A DNA stretch of 63,940 nucleotides, filler included, from Globobulimina sp. (taxonomy: Eukaryota): the NCBI GenBank assembly GCA_003354225.1. It is 29 parts of 29 records of this genome, joined end to end, with 100 filler letters (N's around TTAATTAATTAA, not from the genome) between each part and the next. Parts side by side here need not be neighbours in the genome. Positions count along the whole stretch, not along the records: positions 1 to 2,110 come from PIVH01008902.1; positions 2,211 to 4,320 come from PIVH01008903.1; positions 4,421 to 6,530 come from PIVH01008904.1; positions 6,631 to 8,740 come from PIVH01008905.1; positions 8,841 to 10,950 come from PIVH01008906.1; positions 11,051 to 13,160 come from PIVH01008907.1; 23 more parts are not named here. One strand, given 5' to 3'. Made by a program: the position numbers and the translations under genes. Shown here piece after piece: positions 1 through 11,413 of the stretch; positions within the stretch are counted from its first letter, which is position 1, and the number at the start of each line of letters is the position of its first letter. Below the pieces are notes generated by a model, which was given only the letters and a program-made list of their open reading frames with translations, ran no database searches and was not told the DNA's origin.

Positions 1-2
1 CC

Positions 3-940
3 AAAGTGACTGAGAATAATATGGGTTTGTATATGAAGCAGGGCGCTGTTGATGCTGTGGATGATGACGATGACTATGATGATGATGATGATGATGGGCC
101 GGGTGGTGCTGAAACCGTTGATGAGTCACAGACGCCGTATGTTGATTGTGTCGGGAATGTGGAGGATAAGTTGAAAAAAAATGGTTTAAAATATAAATGC
201 AGTCCATTAGATTTATCAAAAGAAGCACGAATATTTGATGAGATTTATACACAATTTGTAGCGGACAATAAATTGGAACAAAAAGATGATAAAACTGATT
301 ATTTGCATAAAAAACGATTAATTACATTTGTGGATAGAAGAAAGGCGAAAGGTGGTGATGACGAAAACGAAGAGGCGAAATCAAGTATTTATATGTATGA
401 ACCTCCGCAGAATTGCCATATTATGGCTGATAATGCAGTCCCAGGTATTACACAAATATTTGTTTTGTTGTATTGTTATATAATATTTGATTATTTATAG
501 AATGGGGCATATCGGCGTCAAGAACCTGTTTATTGCCAAATATGCAATATGGTGACGGGACGGATGCGATCGGCATTGCGGAGTCGGATAATTCAGAGAA
601 AAAAGAGAAAGATAAAGAGAAAGAGAAAGAGAAAGATAAAGAAAAATTAAAAAATTCGAATATTGGCGCTAGCTTCCATTGTAAAGCGGGATTATTAACA
701 TTTAGTTTTCATGTTAAATCGGAGGATGTTATTAGGTGTTATATGTATTGGAATGGGCAAATTATTCGATTTATGCCGGAAGATATTAAGACTGTATTGC
801 CGAAGATGTTTAATATGGAATTTGAAGGTAATAAGGCTTACATTACTGATAAGGATCAAGTGTTGGATGAAATGATAAAAGAAATGCAAAGAATGCTTGT
901 TGATGATGAATTTGAAGCATTTCAACAAAGTTATGCTTGA
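3..940 (+). CDS. Hypothetical acidic protein, 5' partial, one intron (445-500)
   Basis: A 56-nt GTATTA...TTATAG intron joins ORF 6..500 to ORF 533..940 in frame (VP-E-WGISASRTCLLPNM). Confidence 0.75.
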
Positions 941-1070
941 AAAACAAGTGTAATATATCCCTGTTCAGTCGAAAATAATAAGTGCTACATTTTCACAATT
1001 TTGTACACGTAACTCTTATTCTTAAAGTTTTGCTGTTGACACAGAGAGTTTTTCGATTAATCTGACAACC

Positions 1071-1771
1071 ATGGAACAGAGTTCCAAATTAAAAAAGTCC
1101 ATTGATTTGCAGAAGAAGAAATGCTTTGATGATATCAACTTAGGATATTTGGTCTGCGGCTATGTGATGGATGCGGCAAAAATGTTTGAAGATATTCATA
1201 AGCCTTATTATAATATTCCTACACTGATAACATATATAATTCTGGCCTACATTTACGAACACTTTTCAATGTATGGTAATTATATCAAAGTAATGGATTT
1301 TAGAAACTGTATTTTCGAGCACATATAAATCATCAGAATCCACTGCCTATGGATCAGCCATAATTGACTGTAAAACAAATAGGGATAATACATATTGTTG
1401 GACATTTCAGTGCGATCAAACATATTTTATTGTGATTGGTATTGATGACTGCAAAGCAGAATGGATAAATGATAAATTTTATAAAAAACAGTGGCATACA
1501 TTTTGCAATCAGTAATACTGGATTTAAATATTACACACATCCAAACTATCCAAAAAATATAATACAAACATACAATGTTTTTGGATTTCATAAGGGAGAT
1601 ACAATTAAAATGAAATTCAATGTAAGACAGAAAACATTAACATATTACAAAGATGGCATTAAAATTGCAAAGTTTGTCAATATATACGTAACAGATCATA
1701 TCAAGTATAGAATGGCCGTAAATTTGTATAGTGCTTCACAAATAACATTGCTTCATTTTAACATCACATAA
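1071..1771 (+). pseudogene. B30.2/SPRY-like domain gene broken by two +1 frameshifts
   Basis: Three successive frames give ...IPTLITYIILAY... / STAYGSAIIDC...YCWTF...IVIGIDD / ...GDTIKMKFNVRQKTLTYYKDG...YRMAVNL. The shifts map to homopolymers (~1312 TTTT, ~1483 A6). Confidence 0.65.
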
Positions 1772-1907
1772 CTGTGAATATCTCTTAGGTGTTTAATACC
1801 ATATAATAACAGATGACTACTTGACTACTTGAATAACAGATGTCTCTCGCGGGAATTAAAATTAAGTAAAAAAAAAATGAAAAAACATCGTATAAAAGAC
1901 ACCAAAA

Positions 1908-2108
1908 TTAATTTTTTGTGATAATGACAAAAGTAATAATAGATAAACAATTTAATTTATTAAATATATCATTTGAACATCCAAAATATCCATTATAACC
2001 ACCTTCGTTTAATACAGCATACTCTTCTCCAATTTCATAGTTTGCTTCTTCAAATAAAAAACTCCACCAAATGTTAATGGATGATATTGTTGTTATTCCA
2101 TATCCACC
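1908..2108 (-). CDS. 3' fragment of a hypothetical protein
   Basis: Open from the contig edge: GGYGITTISSINIWWSFLFEEANYEIGEEYAVLNEGGYNGYFGC... Confidence 0.35.
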   Translation of the reverse strand, partial: GGYGITTISSINIWWSFLFEEANYEIGEEYAVLNEGGYNGYFGCSNDIFNKLNCLSIITFVIITKN

Positions 2109-2110
2109 AA

Positions 2111-2210
2111 NNNNNNNNNNNNNNNNNNNNNNNNNNNNNNNNNNNNNNNNNNNNTTAATTAATTAANNNNNNNNNNNNNNNNNNNNNNNNNNNNNNNNNN
2201 NNNNNNNNNN
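2111..2210. other. Artificial contig linker N44-TTAATTAATTAA-N44 (first of 28)
   Basis: Identical 100-nt spacer with stops in all six frames; starts at 2111, 4321, 6531, 8741, 10951, 13161, 15371, 17581, 19790, 21999, 24208, 26417, 28626, 30835, 33043, 35251, 37459, 39667, 41875, 44082, 46289, 48496, 50703, 52910, 55117, 57323, 59529, 61735. Intervening contigs shrink from 2110 to 2106 bp. Confidence 0.99.
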
Positions 2211-2215
2211 AGCAA

Positions 2216-3319
2216 ATGAAATTTCGGAAGGGGCACTTCCATGACACATTACCATCGGAAATTATAGGCCAAGTATATTTAGGGACTGTGTTTCATGCGT
2301 GGAACGATAAAATATTACAAAAACTGAATATTAGCCATACAGTGTGTTGCATCTCCGGCAGAATTGATTGCAATGTGAACGCCAAAATAAAGCGTTTAAT
2401 GATCCCAATGGATGATAGAGGTCTTTCGAGTTTAACAGAAAAGATAGCGGAAGCATTCCCATTTATATCTGCTGCAATGCAACACAAAAAAAACAATATA
2501 TTGATTTATTGTAAATGTTCGGTGAATAGATCGCCCACCATAACTGTTGCACTTTTAATGTATTTTATGCAAATTACATTAAAAAAAGCATATGGCATTG
2601 TATCAAAAAATCATAAATTAATATGTTGCCATCATAATTACATGCATCAATTAAGAGAATATGATAAAAAATTATATGCAAACTATTCCACAAAACCGGA
2701 CGAATTAGAAACCACTCAATTACTGACTGAAAACAAAGAGAAAGACGAACAGAAAAAGCCAGATAAGTTAACGTTGCCATCCAAAATTATTAATCATTTA
2801 TATTTAGGAACAGCCAATGATGCCATTGATGAGAATATATTGAAACAATTGAAAATAACACATGTGATTTGCTGCATTTCAGCCAGTATAAATTACAAAT
2901 TTAACCTCAATAATATGGATATAAAGCGGTTAATGCTTCCAATGGATGATAGAGGATATTCTATCATACAAAGCGAAGTGAAGAAAGCCTATCCGTTTGT
3001 AGTGGATGCATTGGAAGATGAGAAGAATAATATTTTACTGCATTGTAGAAGTTCAATTAATCGATCGCCCACAATCACTGTTGCGATATTAATGAAATAT
3101 AAAAACTTTACATTGAAAGAAGCGCATAAATTAGTTTCAGAAAAACATGCATTGACATGTGTTCATTATAAGTATATGCAGCAATTACGGGAATACGATA
3201 AGGAATTATTTGGAAAGTATTCAACAAAAGTTGATGAATTGGAAACTAATAAATCAATGATAGAGAAGGTAAGACAGAAATTAAAAGCCCAGAATACAAC
3301 GGCACCATTGAATTATTGA
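2216..3319 (+). CDS. Protein with two tandem dual-specificity phosphatase domains
   Basis: Internal duplication: PSEII..VYLG / PSKII..LYLG, PMDDRG twice, CX5R loops YCKCSVNRS and HCRSSINRS. Confidence 0.85.
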   Translation: MKFRKGHFHDTLPSEIIGQVYLGTVFHAWNDKILQKLNISHTVCCISGRIDCNVNAKIKRLMIPMDDRGLSSLTEKIAEAFPFISAAMQHKKNNILIYCKCSVNRSPTITVALLMYFMQITLKKAYGIVSKNHKLICCHHNYMHQLREYDKKLYANYSTKPDELETTQLLTENKEKDEQKKPDKLTLPSKIINHLYLGTANDAIDENILKQLKITHVICCISASINYKFNLNNMDIKRLMLPMDDRGYSIIQSEVKKAYPFVVDALEDEKNNILLHCRSSINRSPTITVAILMKYKNFTLKEAHKLVSEKHALTCVHYKYMQQLREYDKELFGKYSTKVDELETNKSMIEKVRQKLKAQNTTAPLNY

Positions 3320-3371
3320 CATTTTGTTACTGTACAGTATTTTTTTTCTAAAACGTTTTTGATACAACACC

Positions 3372-4320
3372 ATGAGAAGTGTATTGGTTGCCGCAGCATT
3401 ATCACACATTGCTTCCAGCGTCACCGTCACGATTAACCCAGCCTCCATTGGTACTTTCACGATCCCACCACGTCTCTTAGGTGTAGGTATAGAATATTTA
3501 AATCATGAAATCTATGGAGGCGGTCTATATTCCCAAATGATATTTGGTGAATCATTCGAAGAAGCAGGTTCTACAAAATATCCATATCATATATGATATA
3601 CAGTATATCCTCCCATACACCCACACAAAATTAAAAAACAAAAGTTGGCACATATAGCCCAGGAGGAGCAGTAAGCATCGCTTCCGCCACCAACCCCGCG
3701 GAGAAACTTCGTCATTGTAACTATGACCTTTACATGACCGCCACCGATGGTTCCCAGGATTTTGCCTTCAAAGCACTCAGTCCCGGTTTAAATGGACAAG
3801 CCAACACAGTCTCATTCCAATCCGTCAATTATCCCTCATATTATATCTCAGTGGACACCAGCTCCGGCGTAGAAGCTGGCAGATTGGGCATCGTAGACAC
3901 TGCCAATACCGCCGCATATCGCGATGCCAGTACCTTCAAACAAGTAGCGGCCTTAAATGGTAATGCTGCACAACATTCATACCAAGCGTTTGGACAATAT
4001 AACGGATATTATATCGCCTCCAATGGCCGTTTACAAGGTCCTTGTTCCGGTGGATATCGCTCACCTGATTCAGATATTGTATTAGAGCAAAATCCAAGCA
4101 ATAAAGCTGCAGCTTCATGGAGTTTAGTGCGAGGTGGAGGTCAGCCGCCGTCTGAAAACGGCTATGTTTCGTGTGGTGCTGGCCGGGCTAGCTCTGGTGT
4201 GCAGGTATCAACAATCAGCAAAATGTGGATGGCGGACTATACCGGCAGTGGCAATGCAGATTTATCCCCTTGGGAAAAGCGATTTTTTGAGCTTCCCATG
4301 GGTTTTGTTTACTTAATATG
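3372..4320 (+). CDS. Secreted GH51-like alpha-L-arabinofuranosidase N-terminus with AbfB/CBM42 domain, 3' partial, intron 3568-3644
   Basis: Signal peptide; EYLNHEIYGGGLYSQMIFGESFEE (GH51 N-terminal motif); LRHCNY, SFQSVNYPSYYI and DASTF (CBM42 repeats); the 77-nt intron restores the frame. Confidence 0.75.
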
Positions 4321-4624
4321 NNNNNNNNNNNNNNNNNNNNNNNNNNNNNNNNNNNNNNNNNNNNTTAATTAATTAANNNNNNNNNNNNNNNNNNNNNNNN
4401 NNNNNNNNNNNNNNNNNNNNGTAAAGCAAATACAAAGAATGGTGCTGCTCTCATTACAAAATTAGGTCTAGATTCTATGGAATAATGAAACTATTAAAAG
4501 AGAAAGTATATATAAAAGAGTATAAACCGAAAAGTACAAATGCAAAAAAAGTTAACAAGAGTCACATTCATTATCGCTAAATGTGACTGGTACTTGTTTA
4601 AGTTGTTTCCATTACAGTCCTCGA

Positions 4625-5790
4625 TCACATCCAAACTAACCTTGGGTTTTTTAACAACATTCGTATCCAATCATCCTTAACGATATCTCCATTACAATCA
4701 TCATCCAAATAACAAACAATTGCATGACATTCAGAATTGGACAGTTCCAAATTTGCTTCAACAGCTAACCTCGCAATATCCTCTGGACCAACTCTCCCAT
4801 CTTTATCTTGATCCATTTCATCAAATCTCTGCGAAAATATTTTACTTAATCCATCTCCATCATCGGTTACCTTTTTATCTACAATATCAGCATCTTTTTG
4901 ATCAATATCTACATTCAAATCAACATTAACAGAAACACTTATATCCACATTGAGTTGTGCACTTTTTTCAATATATGCATATAAACCATTATATTTCTTT
5001 GCAGCCAATAGACCAAAAATAAAATAAAAAACAATTAATACTGAAATATATATCCCAGCGATCCATGGAATTGTTCTAAATCCACCAGTCATTTCACTGA
5101 AGCACATTATCACCAAAATTACGCAATACACTGCTTTTCCCCACATTCGAGACAGTAATTTCAACCATTCGTATAAAGCTAATTATATACATCAACATAT
5201 ATTAGCAATATTAATGAATTAAAACATATGATATTCTATCAATTTGCAAACTGATTTCTACAAACTGGTTGCAGAAATTTGTAGAAATCAGTTTGCGAAT
5301 TATCGGATTTACGTTGCATACCCAATTGAACTTTCTGCAAAATTCGTTGTCTGCGAACAATTGCTGATGGCATTTCAACCAATAACAGTGTGACAGCACC
5401 ACAAAATAACAGTGCAATCACAAAGAATTGTGTGAATGTGCATTTTGTGATAATTAAATCAGTTACACAGCAGCCCACTAAGACCCAACCGCCTATCCAT
5501 CCAAACAAACCAATTGGAAACCAATTGTAACCTAAAAGTATTAAGTATGGTATATAAAAGTATATACATATAATTGACATACATTTATTACATGCAACAC
5601 CAACACTTGCTACATAATCTTGTGCATCTTTTTGCTTTGGTACACCTGGTTCTAATGCTTTTTGCTCTTCTTGTTGCTGTGGTGCTGCTGCTACTGCCAC
5701 TGCAGCTGGTTTTGGCTTTGGTTCTTCTGCTTGATTGGGTTCATCAACATCAGATCGTAATGGCACATTTTCCGCTGGTTGAGCTGCCAT
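4625..5790 (-). CDS. Multi-pass membrane protein (COPI-associated/TVP15-like) with C-terminal EF-hand pair, intron 5179-5321
   Basis: Splice gives KVQL-A-LYEWLKLLSRMWGKAVYC; about 4 hydrophobic segments; EF loops DQDKDGRVGPED and DDDCNGDIVKDD. Confidence 0.7.
5241..5301. repeat. Intronic hairpin, 24-bp stem, 13-nt loop
   Basis: AATTTGCAAACTGATTTCTACAAA versus TTTGTAGAAATCAGTTTGCGAATT, 23/24 complementary. Confidence 0.9.
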
Positions 5791-5902
5791 GTTAAAAGTC
5801 TAAAAAAGAGATCGAACAAATTTATCTCGTTTTCACAGTTTCATTATCGCTAATTCGTGTCAATTATGCAGCTTCTGAAAAGTATCGTAGTCCAAATCAT
5901 AA

Positions 5903-6493
5903 TTGTTAATTATCATAGATCCGAATATTATTTTATCCGTTAATGTAATGAAGATTCTACATATTTTGCATATGTTGTTAATGGTTATCATTCCCAAATT
6001 ATGTCAATCAATACCTGCGAATTTTTTATTACTACATTCAGTTATTTTAGTAGACGGATCATGTACATGTACTGTGGTTGAATTGGCACAATATCGATTA
6101 GAGGACAATTACCTTTATGGATTTCATTCGATATTTAGTGGATGGCATATCGGCAAAACTCAAGAAAGACGAAAACAAATGATTTCTTGGAATATGTACT
6201 GGTATAAATCTTATAAATTAAACGGGTATTTGAGGCGAGCTCAGTGGACTTCGATTCCTGTAAAAAGTAAAACATTTGGAATTTACGGTGGTTTTTTCAT
6301 TGTCAATACGAATCCGTGGACAGAAAAAAATGGAAATGGATATGCTGAGAAACAAGCATTTTTAGTTTGGGATGACGAAATACAACAATTCACCGTAAAA
6401 ACAAAAGAAAACTGCCAAGACCCTATGGAAAATAGTGAGTGTCTGTGGGTCTTCGATGCAGGATTTGTTTCCAAATATGTTCATTATTATTAA
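5903..6493 (+). CDS. Hypothetical protein, start uncertain
   Basis: 196-aa ORF in AT-rich DNA with a Trp-rich globular C-terminal part, followed by an A-rich tract; no family recognised. Confidence 0.4.
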   Translation: MLIIIDPNIILSVNVMKILHILHMLLMVIIPKLCQSIPANFLLLHSVILVDGSCTCTVVELAQYRLEDNYLYGFHSIFSGWHIGKTQERRKQMISWNMYWYKSYKLNGYLRRAQWTSIPVKSKTFGIYGGFFIVNTNPWTEKNGNGYAEKQAFLVWDDEIQQFTVKTKENCQDPMENSECLWVFDAGFVSKYVHYY

Positions 6494-6630
6494 AAACAAA
6501 AAAAAAAAAAAATAAATATTAAATTGAAAANNNNNNNNNNNNNNNNNNNNNNNNNNNNNNNNNNNNNNNNNNNNTTAATTAATTAANNNNNNNNNNNNNN
6601 NNNNNNNNNNNNNNNNNNNNNNNNNNNNNN

Positions 6631-6848
6631 TCGTCTGTTTCTGGATCTCGTGATGTGATGATGGTTGAAATAATATTATTAATATTTTTGGCAGCATTAA
6701 CTGGTTTTGTTTGGTTTTGATGCATAGAAAGAAAACCCGCCAACATAATTGATATTATTTGGTTCTGACCAACGTTATTGAGAAATACATCAAATTCTTT
6801 GTCATCTAATTGATTGACACACAAACGAAATCTTATTGCCTCTTCCAT
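6631..6848 (-). CDS. Hypothetical protein N-terminus, 3' partial
   Basis: ATG at 6848, open to the contig edge. Confidence 0.55.
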
Positions 6849-7227
6849 CTGTCTTGGAAGTGATATTTGGAGCCTCCTGGTGCCTGCAGAGTGGAGAAGA
6901 ATAGATGCTTCTGTTACAAACCCAAACAGATATTTTATGAAAACTCTACAGTACTACTTCACTAACACCACAAACCAAAACAAACATATATTAAACAGTA
7001 CTACTTCAATCCTTTAAGAAATCGGACCAATTAATTCTTATTTCGTAGACATACAAATAGAGCTGTTTCAGGCATACTGCTTTGAATGTGTGCCACGACT
7101 TGAATGTGATTATTAAATATACTCAAAAAAAATATACAAAAGCAAACACACATCAAAAAAAAAACAGACAAAACTCGATCGATGTGCATTTTAATTATTT
7201 CTGCAACATAAAAATGCTAAAACTGTA

Positions 7228-8740
7228 TCAATGGGAAGAACTAAAAAATTTATACAATTCCTTTTTAAACACAGCATTTTCATGTTTCAGTACAATTTTA
7301 ATTAAATATTTCAGATAGGATTCAATTTTTTTTTCCATTCTTTTAATTTGTGCTCTATTTTTATTTTGTTTCGAAGCTTGAGAGGATGTGTATGGTAGTT
7401 TTGATTTAATTTTTAAATTATTATTTTTTCCTTTTCTTTTTTTAGTCATAAACGAATGTAAATTAATTAAATCATTGTATGATTTATCAACATTTAATAG
7501 CTGATTGTTTCTTAATTTCAATTTAATTTGATACAGATCCTGTTGGTATGTGTTAAGATCCATAGTCGAGTAATCAATGGCCATTGAATGCGTAATAAAT
7601 TTCGGATCACGCATAGTCACCGAAATCGGCGTTTGTTCATTGATTTCAAATCCAAAATTACCAAAATAATTCTCTTTACTTAAAATTAATTTATTTGCAT
7701 TTTCATAATCCATTTCCAACCGAAATCCGATACTTTCAAATTTAGTTTGAAATTGTAACACGATGTCGCATAAATTATCATTTTTATTTTTAGAATCCAA
7801 TAAAATATCATTTAATTCAATACATTGCAATTTTATTTTTGTGCTTTTTTTATCATTTGAATTCATGGAACATAAACGCAACATATTTGTCATAATTTTT
7901 TTGTTTAAATAATGCGATGATATCGTCATTGATGAAATATTTACAAACATTTTTTGTATATTTTCAATATTTAGCGAACAAATCCCCTTTGAATCATTTA
8001 CAAAAAAATTCAATAAAAATTTATTTTGTTTAAAAATCTGCAGAAGTTGAGCCATATTAATATTTATTTTACTTTGTTTATGACAAAAATGCTGAAATAA
8101 TTTGAACATTTCAATCAAGTCATAACCAGAATGAATTCTATTTTGTGGGAAAACAACAGATTGAATTAACTTTACTAAAACCTCAGCTTCTTCGCTTGTT
8201 AATGCAAAGGGAATATCTGTTGAGAGTAAAATGCATTGCATAATATATATCGAATGAAAATAAACATAATAATTTGCAAATGTTTTTAAGTTAATAACAG
8301 AAACAATACGAAAATCCACATTGCTGCCAAACAATATTTGCTCGCGTTCTGATTCCATATTTTTGAACCATGTGCTGTCAATAAACTTTGTTTTCAATCC
8401 ACAATTTGTTAAATTTAATATTATTCCACTGCAGCTATTATCGATATATTGCTGATAATTATGGATTACCTCAAAACGCGATGTGGCTAATATGGGACAG
8501 TGAAATGTTAAGTATATATCTTTTAATATAATTTCTTTGTCTTTGACGTTATTGTAATTAACTAATCCATGATAAAAGTGATATTTTTCCATAACCATTC
8601 CATATTCAGATACGGCATTCGATAAAATCTTTGCAAAACAAACGAAATTGGCATGATTGACACATTCGTCACCGAAATATGTAGCTTTGAGTCTCTGTCG
8701 AAAATGGTCGAAATTGACAAAAAAATACAAACAAATGAAT
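7228..8740 (-). CDS. Protein with degenerate ADP-ribosyltransferase-like domain, 5' partial
   Basis: 500-aa ORF with the motif order FYHG...PILATS...GIILNL...FIDSTWF..ESEREQILFG, resembling the R/H-S-ExE ART fold. Confidence 0.5.
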
Positions 8741-8842
8741 NNNNNNNNNNNNNNNNNNNNNNNNNNNNNNNNNNNNNNNNNNNNTTAATTAATTAANNNN
8801 NNNNNNNNNNNNNNNNNNNNNNNNNNNNNNNNNNNNNNNNTG

Positions 8843-9226
8843 AAGTTCACAGCAAAGGATTTGAATAAATTAGGTATTGATGCCACCAATGACGGCGAGA
8901 AGAATAATGACTGTGAGCGCATATTGCATTATATCTCAAAATGCAGAAAAAAACAAAAAGAAAAGCTACAAAAAAGGAAACAGACTCAGGAATTAGAGAG
9001 AAAAAAGAAGTTATCTCAGAAAATACAAATCGCACCGCATGCAATACGCGCATTATCCGACCCGGCAAAGAGTGACAGATTAAAATTTCCCAAGTCTCCA
9101 CCTCGTGCACAGCCCAAATATTATACAAATTATAGGAATAATAAAAATAATATGACTGCGCACCCACAGCCGCAACAGCAACAGCAACACAACAACAACA
9201 TGATTCATATTCAAATTGTCCTTTAA
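8843..9226 (+). other. Inverted continuation (second half of SAM domain) of the minus-strand gene at 9203-10950
   Basis: KFTAKDLNKLGI...DCERILHYI completes the SAM domain begun on the opposite strand. Confidence 0.65.
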
Positions 9227-10950
9227 CACGGAATGGTATTTGGAAAACCTGCACAGTCCAACACGATCAAACCAACACAGACAATCCGGCACCGTCCATC
9301 TCTCGATTTTGTCTTCCAACTCATCCACAGATGCTGTATAAATATAATTCAATTTCATAAACAATTCGTTACATTTATGCTTACAAACTGGTAGTTTCTT
9401 GTTCTTCTTTTCCAAATTTATTTTATCATTTTGCAGCGTCAATAAGTTTTCCTGCGCATTTTTTATTAATACCTCCAACGCATTGACTTCATTGTCAATC
9501 ATGGCCGACATGCCTTTAATTTCATTCTCTTCATAATTGAAGCCGTCGTCCACCATCGTATGCAATGCGAAATAATCCACATTTTTGTCATTAGTTTGAA
9601 TGAATTTCGCCATATCCTTTTCAATCAATTCCGTATTAAAAATGGCCACATTTACAGAATCACTCCATGCCGATTTGATTTCCTTTCGTATTTTATTTGT
9701 AATGCCGCGGATCCGCAATAAACAGTTGGTGGCCACCACCGGCTTACTTACGTCATTGTGGGTGGTCGGGATAATTACAAAATTGCTTAAATTGATGGTG
9801 ATGCAAATTGGCGGCTTATTCACATTAAAAACACCCAATAAATGCGTGCTGGGATCTAGATATTCTTTCCCTTCATGATCACCATCACTTTGCTGGTTCG
9901 CCAGCTCTTCCTCTTCGTGTGTTTTATGTGCTAATTGCTGAGAAATCTCATACTTAACATACTCGAATTGTGCTCCAGTGGGCGGCTTCCAGTCTAATTG
10001 TATATAATTGCCACATCGATACGACACGTTTAAGTCCGTGGGCGCTTTCGTATCATTTAGCAATGTCGTAATTAATTGGTCCACCTGCAACAATGTCAAA
10101 TAATGCCACTGTACTATATTTTGTTTAATTCTTTGTTTCAAATCATCCGTATATTGGATGGACTTGATTTCATTTTGCAAATTCAGCAAACATTTCAATC
10201 GTTGCTCAATATCTGTATCCAAATCAGCAAAGCTCACACCACAGAAATCCAACAACAATCCCAACTGTTTCGTTATGTCCATATTACTGCCGATAAACTC
10301 CAACGTTTTGACCAATACATGACCAGATTTCAACTGATCATGAAAAATACAAAAAATACTACTCAGCCACGGCTTCAATGTCTCGCTCAGAAATATAAAT
10401 TTCTCCTTCTCCACTTCTGCAATATCTTCCTGATCAATTTCCTTTTCCTTGGATTCCTTGGATTGAACGGATTGCTTTTCTAATAAATAGGCGCGAATCA
10501 CATCATTGCAGCGCAATCCATACACAATAATTCCGGAACACTCTTCGAATATCATCGTGATCTGATTATGCAACAGATTCAGTTTATAAATATTCGTCCC
10601 CTCTTCATTGATCTTGTCATACTCATTCATAATATATGCCAAATATAAATCAATTCGAGACTCATCTTTATCCGGTTCCAGATCCGTCTCATTGTTATAG
10701 GTCAACTTCAATTCATCCTCTTCAATCTCCATATCGCCGTCATCAAATTGCATCGGATTCTGCCGCTTTGGCGATAATATCTGCGATGCGTCGGAGAATA
10801 AACTCGTATCATAATCGTCGATATCCAATATCTGCGGTAAATTTACAATATTCAACAACAACACATCCCAAAAGGAGTACATTTCAATATCTCTCGAGAC
10901 ACAGCAATACAGCGACAACCAGCTCATTATCTCCTTCTTCTCCTCAAATG
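9203..10950 (-). CDS. FN3 + coiled-coil + SAM domain protein, interrupted by an inversion
   Basis: APTDLNVS...IQLDWKPP...YEI...RIRG...SAWSD (FN3); WTVPDCLCWF..VGL..Y (SAM start); the last ~40 aa of the listed ORF are antisense low-complexity sequence. Confidence 0.7.
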
Positions 10951-11413
10951 NNNNNNNNNNNNNNNNNNNNNNNNNNNNNNNNNNNNNNNNNNNNTTAATT
11001 AATTAANNNNNNNNNNNNNNNNNNNNNNNNNNNNNNNNNNNNNNNNNNNNTATTAAATATCCAAAAATAAAAATATCAATACAACAAACAAGTGATAGTG
11101 AGGGATCGAGACAAGATTTATTACTTTTTGAATGTATGTGATTGTTTGTTTGGTTTGTTTTAATTTAACGTCAAACAAAATATATATGATCGATAACTTA
11201 TTAACGTCGAACAAAATTATTCGGCCGTGGCGCAAACCGGAACTAACCGCAAATGAATACTTATTATATAATTACGAGAGCGATGCTGAGCTTGAAGGCA
11301 TTCAAAAGCCGTTGAATGAGTTTGTCATTCAATTTGGTAACTTGCTGAAGTAACTTGCTCTCAATCTGGGCACAAAACCTAAGAATTTAAAAACACTCTG
11401 CTGCATTTCCATA

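Noticed and set aside
1310-1515. Euplotes-style programmed +1 frameshifting
   Set aside because: The best protein continuity puts the shifts at homopolymer runs, not at AAA-TAR sites; other broken genes shift in the opposite direction.
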